32,000 nt of DNA. It comes from Candidatus Saccharimonadota bacterium. GTDB lineage: Bacteria; Patescibacteriota; Saccharimonadia; Saccharimonadales; UBA4665. The translations under genes were made by a program, and so were the position numbers. Of this stretch, positions 7,730 to 14,865 are shown piece by piece; the stretch's first letter is position 1; each line of letters opens with the position of its first letter. The stretch covers positions 240,001-272,000 of the forward strand of contig CP025011.1 in NCBI GenBank assembly GCA_002952755.1, in the 5' to 3' direction. The notes under the pieces were generated by a model. The model did not search any database and was not told the origin of the DNA. It worked only from the letters and a program-made list of their open reading frames with translations.

Positions 7730-8668
7730 TTATTTAATCTTAACTACTACCTTACCTCGGGGATGTCCATCCTTCTGATAGTCAAAAGCGTCACCGACTT
7801 CATCAAATAGAAATGTTTTGGCTACTTGTACTTTTATAATTCCCTGGTCGATTAATGCTCCTAATCCCATAAATGACTGAGGTGACACACTCTCGGATTG
7901 TTCAACATACATAACGCCATACTTTTGCACTAGTTCCGGGTGGCGCTCCCACAACATAGTGGTGATTTTGCCGCCTGGTTTCAGCACCGCAAATGATTTT
8001 TCGAAGGTTTCACCGCCAATGGTATCGAAGACCGCGTCGTAGTCGCGAATTATCTTAATGAAGTCTTCTTTCTGATAGTCGATGACAACATCGGCGCCCA
8101 AGTCTGTGATGTAATCCTTGTCCTTCCCACTAACGGTAGTAGCAACGTGCGCCCCAAGATGCTTGGCTACTTGCACGGCGAAGGTGCCAATACCACCTGC
8201 GCCACCATGAATAAGGATCCTCTGGCCAGCTTTAACCTGTAATACTTCAACGAGCACATGCCAAGCCCGTAAGCCGGTCATCGGGACAGCTGCTGCTTGC
8301 TCGAAACTCAGGCTAGCCGGCTTTTTCCAAACAAACGACGCATTAGCAGCTGCTAACTCGGCCAACGAGCCGGAGCCATTGCGGTTATAGCCGGCCATGC
8401 CGTAGACTTCATCACCTTTTTTAATATGCTTGACCTCGGCTCCGACTTCTCTAACTATGCCCGCAAAATCACTGCCAGGTGTGAAGGGGAATGGCAATTG
8501 CATAAAGCGGCTCAGCTCACCTTCAACCATTTTCCAGTCAATGGGATTGAGCGCCACCGCCTTAATTTCTACGAGTACAAAACCTGCATCGATAGGTGGT
8601 TGACTGGCGTCTTCGTTAATCTCGATGTCTTTAGCTGGTATGTAACGAGTGATCTGCGCGGCTTTCAT
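7730..8668 (-). CDS. NADPH:quinone oxidoreductase / zinc-type alcohol dehydrogenase superfamily (MDR)
   Basis: 312 aa. Rossmann motif ILIHGGAGGIGTFAVQVAKHLGA and a GroES-like N-terminal region, EIKAVALNPIDWK. Confidence 0.85.
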   Translation of the reverse strand: MKAAQITRYIPAKDIEINEDASQPPIDAGFVLVEIKAVALNPIDWKMVEGELSRFMQLPFPFTPGSDFAGIVREVGAEVKHIKKGDEVYGMAGYNRNGSGSLAELAAANASFVWKKPASLSFEQAAAVPMTGLRAWHVLVEVLQVKAGQRILIHGGAGGIGTFAVQVAKHLGAHVATTVSGKDKDYITDLGADVVIDYQKEDFIKIIRDYDAVFDTIGGETFEKSFAVLKPGGKITTMLWERHPELVQKYGVMYVEQSESVSPQSFMGLGALIDQGIIKVQVAKTFLFDEVGDAFDYQKDGHPRGKVVVKIK

Positions 8669-8682
8669 ATAGGCTCCTTTGA

Positions 8683-8719
8683 TGCTATAATGCTTTACAT
8701 ATAAAGTATCTTTATGTGT
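8683..8719 (+). promoter_or_regulatory. marR promoter (TGcTATAAT) with an adjacent inverted-repeat operator
   Basis: Extended -10 tgctataat at 8683-8691. Inverted repeat acatataaag-tat-ctttatgtgt at 8697-8719 (9/10 bp arms), lying between the divergent qor-like and marR genes. Confidence 0.5.
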
Positions 8720-8744
8720 CTAACAATACGCAGAGGAAATTCCA

Positions 8745-9167
8745 ATGTCAAGAGTAAACAAAATAGCGACTATCCGATCCCAACTTCGAGCTTTCAGCAC
8801 ATACGCCTATCTGTTCCAGCAACAAGTCGCTGACAAGATGAACCTCCATCCGACTGATTTTCATAGTGTTCACTTACTGGATACGCACGGGGAAATGACG
8901 GCGGGCAGTCTTGCAACCCGCCTGAATCTCACTACCGGCGCTACGACCGCAGTAATCGATAGACTCGTCGCCCTCGGGTACGCAGAGAGAGCGGCTAGCG
9001 ATACTGATCGGCGGAGCACTATCATTAGGATACGGCCTGCCAGTATCAAAAGGATGAAAGTCAATTATTCATCGTTAGACGAAAAGATTCAAGATAAGTT
9101 AGGACAATTTTCAGATGTTGAACTCGATGTCATTGAGCGCTTTATGCGAGCTCTGACGGAGCTTTGA
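8745..9167 (+). CDS. MarR-family transcriptional regulator
   Basis: 140 aa. Winged-HTH LATRLNLTTGATTAVIDRLVALGYAER...DTDRRSTIIRI. Divergent from an oxidoreductase, the classic MarR arrangement. Confidence 0.85.
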   Translation: MSRVNKIATIRSQLRAFSTYAYLFQQQVADKMNLHPTDFHSVHLLDTHGEMTAGSLATRLNLTTGATTAVIDRLVALGYAERAASDTDRRSTIIRIRPASIKRMKVNYSSLDEKIQDKLGQFSDVELDVIERFMRALTEL

Positions 9168-9245
9168 TCTCGAGTGCTTTCAGCCGTACCCAAATATATT
9201 CCAACTCACCGAAGAGGGGTTCGACCTGAGTAGTTAGGCACACCA
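9168..9245 (+). repeat. Intergenic repeat family, copy 3
   Basis: tctcgagtgctttcagccgtacccaAATATATTCCAACTCACCGAAGAGGGGTTCGACCTGAgtagttaggcacacc. It starts at the marR stop codon. The minus-strand mini-ORF has lost its ATG (3-nt deletion relative to copy 2). Confidence 0.75.
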
Positions 9246-9341
9246 TATTGAAATTAACAATAAGATTTACAAATTTTAGTTCTAGAAGTTTATCGCCAAA
9301 TCTAATCTGTAAAATAGTTTGGCTCCCTTATACTATTCACT

Positions 9342-9752
9342 ATGAAAGTAAGCCCACAGAACATACTGCCTACGCAGAACTTTCTTAAGCCGCAGACGCT
9401 CACATTTATTTTGGATTGTATAAGAAGGGGTAATCTTGATGAATTACCACCGAATCCTATAGTCCGTGAAGACGATGAAGGTAGCTTAGTTGCGATTGAT
9501 GGTCATAATTTGATAGCAGTTAAATTATCACGAAACGAAGACGTAGATGTTCATTTAGCAAAGTCTGCTGATGATGGATTACCTGCGATTTCTGACGCAA
9601 ACATACAGCGCAACGAAGACCTTAAGAACAAGTTTGATAGTGTGCTAGAAGATAGAAAGCGGTTAGAAGCCGAAGGGGTCATGTCGTTTGACGATTTAAT
9701 TGCAAAGTACCCCGATATTTTACGGATTTCAGAATCTCATTCCCATGAGTAA
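9342..9752 (+). CDS. Hypothetical protein, possible ParB/sulfiredoxin-like domain
   Basis: 136 aa. ILPTQNFL and VAIDGHNLIA resemble the ParB-N (I-x-P-x-Q ... DGHHR) pattern, but the HR dyad is not conserved. The gene is visibly AT-rich. The ATG lies 7 nt after a TATACT hexamer with no SD. Confidence 0.45.
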   Translation: MKVSPQNILPTQNFLKPQTLTFILDCIRRGNLDELPPNPIVREDDEGSLVAIDGHNLIAVKLSRNEDVDVHLAKSADDGLPAISDANIQRNEDLKNKFDSVLEDRKRLEAEGVMSFDDLIAKYPDILRISESHSHE

Positions 9753-9887
9753 TCTCAGCGATAATTGTTTATAGATCGGGCGGCGTAGGATCGCCGACAT
9801 AATTTACGATACGCTTTTCAAAATGCCTAATTTCGACATCTTTAAAATTAGTGAGAGTATAGAGTAATAACCCAAAAAAATACTTTT

Positions 9888-10787
9888 CTAAAGATCGAAT
9901 CGATTGGGGGCTGCTACAAGTATTCTTTCGCCATATCTCACTGCATACCCGCCAACCTGCACGCCGTCCGAAATGTCTACCACCATATTGCCTCCCATCC
10001 CCAAGTCATAACCTTGGGCTATTTCAAATTGCTGTTTGTCTAGTAAGTTATATTTGGCCGCATAGCAACCTAGCGCACCAGCTGCTACGCCCGTAATCGG
10101 GTCTTCGTTCTCGTCGGCCAAAGGATTGAACTGACGAGCGTAAAAGTCCGTTCCGTCAATCGGTGATTCTGCCGTAAAAGGGTAAATGCCGCGAGCGGTT
10201 GTACTGCGGCAATAATCTTTGATCGCTTCTATGCTGCCTCGATCGTAGCGAACTGCACGCAGTGATTGCAGGCTCTTCAGCGGCACAAGTAGTTTTGGAG
10301 TGCCTGTAGAGACTACTTGCAAAGGTAGGTTCTCAACAAAATCACTTACGGCGATGCCGAGCATCTGTGCGACACGTCCTTTATTCTGTTCAATAGCGCC
10401 AAATTCGGGGTCTTTTTGTTTCATCACGATTCGGCCATCGTCATAGCAAGTTACATCCAGCTTCCCGGCACGGGTTTCTTGTACCAGAGCTACTTTGCCC
10501 ATCTCGCCTACCTGTACTTTCCTTTGTTGTAATAATGTGTTGAAAGCAGCAATAGTAGCATGGCCGCATAGGTCTACCTCCTGATTCGGTGCAAAGAAGC
10601 GCAGGCGGTAATCCGCCCCGTCCATAGTTGGGGATTGGACAAATACTGACTCGGCATAGTTAAGCTCAGTAGCTGCCTTTTGCATCTGTACATCGGAAAG
10701 ATGGTCGGCATCTAATACAACTCCAGTGGGGCTGCCCTGTTCGGGGTTTTGAGTGAACGACTTAACTAGGTGGACGTCTATTTGCAT
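9888..10787 (-). CDS. PhzF-family isomerase-like protein
   Basis: 299 aa. NPEQGSPTGVVLDAD and FFAPNQEVDLCGHATIAAF are typical of PhzF/YddE. Confidence 0.85.
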   Translation of the reverse strand: MQIDVHLVKSFTQNPEQGSPTGVVLDADHLSDVQMQKAATELNYAESVFVQSPTMDGADYRLRFFAPNQEVDLCGHATIAAFNTLLQQRKVQVGEMGKVALVQETRAGKLDVTCYDDGRIVMKQKDPEFGAIEQNKGRVAQMLGIAVSDFVENLPLQVVSTGTPKLLVPLKSLQSLRAVRYDRGSIEAIKDYCRSTTARGIYPFTAESPIDGTDFYARQFNPLADENEDPITGVAAGALGCYAAKYNLLDKQQFEIAQGYDLGMGGNMVVDISDGVQVGGYAVRYGERILVAAPNRFDL

Positions 10788-11136
10788 TCTTTTATGATAA
10801 CAAGGATCTATTCGTTATCTGTGCCCTAAATCGTTAAGTTGCCAGCCTAACATCCCTAATGTTACCCATGAGCGCCGCCCATCTTAGCTAATATGGTATG
10901 CGAAAAACTAGTTTTGCGTATATTCTCGGGCTTAGCATCTGACGAAATTTATCAGCGACAATTTGATCGGTATAAATGTTAAGGAGCGGTATTCTCTTCA
11001 GAGTTTTGTACCGGTCGTAGGTATTCATACCGCCGCCGAGGTCGTACGCTTAGGTTAGCATGCTATCGGGTCGGTCCAAAAAGTCAAAAGATAGCCGTGG
11101 CTTCACTTTGGCGATACGGTCTGGCGCGGCAGCGAG

Positions 11137-11709
11137 TTATTCTACTAGCTCTTGGAATAGCTCGGGGAACTCAGGACCCGGCATATTGTGGCCAATCCTA
11201 AAATGGCCATACCTCTCAAACTCAATGAGTCGAGCTGAGGGCAGAGCTCCAGCAAGTTCATGAGCATATGCCTGGATAGCCGGATCGTCGTCTGTCGAAT
11301 TAAAGATAGTAAGCCTGCCAACGCGCTCAGTTAACGCAGTGTCGAGCTCGTAGTTCGAGAACTCACCATACCTACGCTTTCTATCGCGGTAAGGTCCAAC
11401 CCATACAACCCGATCAACGCAAAGATTTCTATTTTCTGAGAGCCACCGTGTCAGGAACTCTGCCCCTGCACTATGACCAACCAAGCTTGTATTCTCGTTA
11501 ACTGGGCCTAGGGATTCAAAGACCTTTTTCCAATCTTCGTACACCGGTTCGTACGGGCGTGGCATGATTGCTATTGTGGCGGGTACGCCAATTTTCCCTA
11601 TTTCAGTGGCCATCCATGGGAACCAATTAGCTTCATGAGGTTTGGGCTCGGCGGGATCCTCATATCGTTCCTTGGTCGGCTTGCCCGGAACTAATAGAAG
11701 ATTCTTCAT
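11137..11709 (-). CDS. Alpha/beta serine hydrolase (YdeN/RBBP9-like Ser_hydrolase family)
   Basis: 190 aa. LLVPGKP..., NWFPWM, nucleophile elbow LVGHSAGA, and a C-terminal D/H (FNSTDD...YGHF). The start overlaps the hisB(N) stop by 4 nt (ATGA). Confidence 0.75.
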   Translation of the reverse strand: MKNLLLVPGKPTKERYEDPAEPKPHEANWFPWMATEIGKIGVPATIAIMPRPYEPVYEDWKKVFESLGPVNENTSLVGHSAGAEFLTRWLSENRNLCVDRVVWVGPYRDRKRRYGEFSNYELDTALTERVGRLTIFNSTDDDPAIQAYAHELAGALPSARLIEFERYGHFRIGHNMPGPEFPELFQELVE

Positions 11710-12188
11710 AGTACAAGTCTAACAGCCTTATCGAAATTGCCGTTCGTTTCCATAGGCAAAAACCGGACGCCTATATTCTCGGCTAACAATCTATCGCTCT
11801 CACGATCACCGCAGACAAATGAAGACACATCCAGTGTAGCGGTGGCCAGAAGCTCGTCGAGCAGTCCAGCCTTTGGCTTACGACAGGTGCAGTCGTCTTC
11901 AGGAAGGTGCGGACAGATAAAGGTCTTGGTAAAGACGATCCCCTTTCTTTGGAATATGTCGAGCATTCTTTGGTGTACTACTTCAAAATCAGCCCGAGGG
12001 AAGGAGGGAGTGCCAAGCCCATCCTGGTTTGAAATCATCATGAGCATATACCCAACTCTTCGCAGGGCTAGTAACCCCTCAATGACGCCAGGTAGAATGC
12101 GCAGCTTTTCTAATTTGTCGATTTGATAGGTGTCTTGCGGCTCGAAAATAAGTGTGCCGTCGCGGTCAATAAACGCGTACTTTTTCAT
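11706..12188 (-). CDS. hisB: Histidinol-phosphatase, HAD-type (HisB N-terminal domain only)
   Basis: MKKYAFIDRDGTLIFEP...MISNQDGLGTPSFPRADF...ICPHLPEDDCTCRKPKAGL...GDRESD aligns by eye with the E. coli HisB N-domain (YLFIDRDGTLI...ITNQDGLGT...ICPHLP..C.CRKPK...GDR.TD). ATG at 12188 is preceded by AGGGGAG. No IGP-dehydratase domain follows. Confidence 0.85.
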   Translation of the reverse strand: MKKYAFIDRDGTLIFEPQDTYQIDKLEKLRILPGVIEGLLALRRVGYMLMMISNQDGLGTPSFPRADFEVVHQRMLDIFQRKGIVFTKTFICPHLPEDDCTCRKPKAGLLDELLATATLDVSSFVCGDRESDRLLAENIGVRFLPMETNGNFDKAVRLVL

Positions 12189-12278
12189 AATTGCTCCCCT
12201 AAGGACTTCTGGTATCGCTCTAAACTGCTCCATTGCTCGCAGGGTGCCCGGTGTGCCTGGCCTGCTCTCATGCTCAGT

Positions 12279-13580
12279 TCATAGCACCTCTATGGCTTCT
12301 TTGTAACGAAACTCCATAGCCCGTCTGTGGGCATCCAGACCTTCTTCGGCGGCCATCATAGACACAACCGGCCCAATGGTTGCAGCGCCAGACTGTGTGA
12401 CCTGCTGAAAGGTGATGCGCTTTTGAAAACTGGCAACTGAAACGCCGCTATAGGCGCGGGCATAGCCATACGTTGGCAATGAGTGGTTCGTGCCGCTGGC
12501 ATAATCCCCGGCTGATTCACAGGCGTATGGACCGACGAAAACAGACCCCGCGTTAATAACATCAGGGATCAACCCGTTGGCATCAGCAATATTGAGTATT
12601 ACATGCTCTGGCGCATAACGATTGGAAAAATCTATCGCACTTTTGACTGAAGGCACAAGCAATGCGAAGCTGTTCGCAAGTGACTGTCTGGCGATGTCTT
12701 TTCTCGGTAGCGAGGCGAGTTGTTCTTCCAGCTGTGATACTACTGCGTCAATCTTCGTGCTGCTCGTACAAACTAATACTACCTGCGAATCCGTGCCATG
12801 CTCAGCTTGGGCAAGCAGGTCGGCGGCCACAAAATCCGCTCGCGCCTGTTCGTCGGCAACGACCAGCACTTCGCTAGGGCCAGCAGGCATATCAATAGCT
12901 GCCCCATTTGGATCAATAGAGACGAGCATTTTGGCGGCGGTGACATATTGGTTGCCGGGGCCGAAGATTTTATATACTTTCGGTAGGCTTTCGGTCCCAT
13001 ACGCCATAGCTGCGACTGCTTGCGCACCGCCAATCTTAAAGATTTCGCTTACGCCACAGAGACGGGCAGCATACAAAACAATGTCAGCAACGACACCGTT
13101 TTTACTCGGCGTACAAACAACAATTTCTTTGCAGCCGGCCAGTTTTGCCGGAATCGCAAGCATGAGCAGAGTGGAGGGAAGCGGGGCAGTGCCGCCAGGA
13201 ACATATAGCCCCACCTTTTCAATACCACGCATCTCAGCAAAACAGGTAACGCCGGGTATAGTTTCGATCTTTACCTCAGCTTTTAGCTGGGCTTTGTGAA
13301 ACATTTCTATATTCTTGGCTGCTTGCGCGAAGGCGCGCTGCGCCTCTTTAGGTATACGCGAGCAGGCTTTGTCTATTTCTTGGTCGGTAACCTGGAGACC
13401 GTCAGCATTCTTGTCGCCGCACTTGGCTTCGTAGCGTCTCACGGCATTGTCACCATTCCGCCGAACGTCGTCTAGAATCGACGCAACAACCGGTGTGGCT
13501 GTATCGAAGCGGATTGCCGGACGCTTACAGAGCGCCTGCAACTGATCTCCAGTGAGTTGGGCAACGTTATAGCATTTCAC
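12279..13580 (-). CDS. hisD: Histidinol dehydrogenase
   Basis: Motifs GGAQAVAAMAYGTE, AGPSEVLVVAD, LLAQAEHGTDSQVVLV and the C-terminal GLDAH. A GTG at 13580 overlaps the hisG stop (GTGA) and gives about 433 aa. The ORF-track ATG at 13619 would overlap hisG by 43 nt. Confidence 0.92.
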   Translation of the reverse strand: MKCYNVAQLTGDQLQALCKRPAIRFDTATPVVASILDDVRRNGDNAVRRYEAKCGDKNADGLQVTDQEIDKACSRIPKEAQRAFAQAAKNIEMFHKAQLKAEVKIETIPGVTCFAEMRGIEKVGLYVPGGTAPLPSTLLMLAIPAKLAGCKEIVVCTPSKNGVVADIVLYAARLCGVSEIFKIGGAQAVAAMAYGTESLPKVYKIFGPGNQYVTAAKMLVSIDPNGAAIDMPAGPSEVLVVADEQARADFVAADLLAQAEHGTDSQVVLVCTSSTKIDAVVSQLEEQLASLPRKDIARQSLANSFALLVPSVKSAIDFSNRYAPEHVILNIADANGLIPDVINAGSVFVGPYACESAGDYASGTNHSLPTYGYARAYSGVSVASFQKRITFQQVTQSGAATIGPVVSMMAAEEGLDAHRRAMEFRYKEAIEVL

Positions 13581-14242
13581 GATATTTCTCTCTGTGTAAC
13601 TCTGTTTGGAGCGCGCCACACAATAGAGGGCGAAACGTCGGCCAGCTTTGGCCCGATTGTCAGGTCATTCATTATCGCCGTATCGCCACTTTCTACTAAA
13701 TCGGCGACTGCATCGGATACGCCAAGTGCTGGCATTATCTCGGCAGAGCCGGCTGGCCTAAAGGGGCTTACCCTTATATTCAGTGGCGAGTCAGCCTCGC
13801 GCGCGCGTTTGATACTGCGATCTAAGAAGTTCGGATAGCTGGTTGCTACGAGAACGGGCTTCGCTTCAGGGTCACGCAGCCTTGCGTTGAGGGTCTCGGC
13901 ACTTTGGCGTGGCAGTAAGAGGTTAAATGAACACATTGGTTCACCAATCGCGCCGTAGAGAAGATTGGAAGCACCGGGGTCTTCTGGTATTTGTTCTTCA
14001 CACACATCAGTGCCCGCCAGCCCTATATCTGCATACCCTTCGGCTACAATAGCGGGCACGTCTTTGCCTTTGACCCGGATATATTCCCATGCGTCCTTTC
14101 GTAGACGAAGACGGCGGTCGTCAAATCGTGGAGCAGCGACGCCATATATTTCTTCAAATGCTTTTAAGCAGCAATCGTAATCCCTGCCACTTGGCACGAC
14201 GATCCGAGACGCCGCGCCTATATCTAATTCTGGGGTAATCAT
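13577..14242 (-). CDS. hisG: ATP phosphoribosyltransferase, short form
   Basis: 221 aa. VPSGRDYD..., VKGKDVPAIVAEGYADIGLAGTDVCEE, and GSAEIMPALGVSDAVADLVESGDTAIMNDL, which matches the GSVE.AP..G.AD.IVDLV.TG.TL..N.L signature. Confidence 0.88.
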   Translation of the reverse strand: MITPELDIGAASRIVVPSGRDYDCCLKAFEEIYGVAAPRFDDRRLRLRKDAWEYIRVKGKDVPAIVAEGYADIGLAGTDVCEEQIPEDPGASNLLYGAIGEPMCSFNLLLPRQSAETLNARLRDPEAKPVLVATSYPNFLDRSIKRAREADSPLNIRVSPFRPAGSAEIMPALGVSDAVADLVESGDTAIMNDLTIGPKLADVSPSIVWRAPNRVTQREIS

Positions 14243-14276
14243 AAACTAAGGTTCCTAAATAAGTTTGTTGCATACT

Positions 14277-14305
14277 ACATACGCCAGCATCGTGCTGGCG
14301 TATGT
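14277..14305. promoter_or_regulatory. 13-bp perfect hairpin between the yerC-like gene and hisG
   Basis: acatacgccagca-tcg-tgctggcgtatgt. On the coding (minus) strand it is not followed by a U-run, so it may be a partial terminator, a processing site or a regulatory hairpin. Confidence 0.5.
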
Positions 14306-14323
14306 CCTTTTTAAGAAGACTGG

Positions 14324-14695
14324 CTACTGCCCGGCACGATCTGGCGGTATATGCCCGTGATGAGCATGTACGATCTTAAGGGCGGCTTCGTAGCCACCTT
14401 CACCGTTCTGCATCCAATAGCTAATACGGGCAATGGTGCGGCTGCTGAGCTTTGTCTTTTCGATAATCTCCGTGTACTTCTTACCTTGTTGCAGCATTCG
14501 AGCGGCTTCGAGGCGTGAGCTGATTTCTATGATTTCTTTCTCGGTCATAACATCGCGAAGGAAGTTTTGCATAGTCTGAGTGCTGACAATAGCAGCTAGC
14601 ACAGCAGATAATTGCCGTGCAGTTCCCGTTTCCCAGACTGAGATAGAGGAGGGTTGCATGAGCGTCACTTTATCAAGGTAAAGCAAGGATGTCAA
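14324..14695 (-). CDS. TrpR-related YerC/YecD-family DNA-binding protein
   Basis: FLRDVMTEKEIIEISSRLEAARMLQQGKKYTEIIEKTKLSSRTIARISYWMQNGEGGY is the YerC/YecD pattern. TTG start at 14695, alternative ATG at 14659. Same strand as hisG and immediately upstream of it. Confidence 0.8.
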   Translation of the reverse strand: MTSLLYLDKVTLMQPSSISVWETGTARQLSAVLAAIVSTQTMQNFLRDVMTEKEIIEISSRLEAARMLQQGKKYTEIIEKTKLSSRTIARISYWMQNGEGGYEAALKIVHAHHGHIPPDRAGQ

Positions 14696-14865
14696 CGGAT
14701 TAGCCTGAGCGTATAACTTTTTCCCGATAGGCAGAAGGTCTGCGGCACCTCCTCCGTCATCTTCATGCGTTATAAAGAGGCGTCGACCCCGGCCCCCGAC
14801 GTGCTTGCCTCAATCAAAATACGCATGCTAAACTAGGCGGGCTAAATATAAAACTAGTGTAGGGG

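Noticed and set aside
3220-9245. Repeat family considered as integron attC sites or MITEs
   Set aside because: There is no integrase, and no inverted core sites (RYYYAAC/GTTRRRY). Hairpin potential within the repeat is weak and does not covary between copies (copy 2 breaks the short CGAA/TTCG stem). No terminal inverted repeats or target-site duplications were seen.
10788-11136. 349-nt gap containing a 46-codon minus-strand ORF (10888..11028, MNTYDRYKTLKRIPLLNIYTDQ...) preceded in-frame by ...YDLGGG
   Set aside because: It is too short, has no SD, and has a stop immediately upstream. The DLGGG string hints at a decayed SAM-methyltransferase motif I, but this cannot be supported without a database search.
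12622-13299. 225-aa + strand ORF (with several shorter ones at 12662-13240) inside the hisD region
   Set aside because: It is antisense to a gene with unmistakable histidinol dehydrogenase motifs. The translation is Ser/Ala/Thr/Cys-rich low-complexity sequence typical of shadow ORFs in moderately GC-rich coding DNA.
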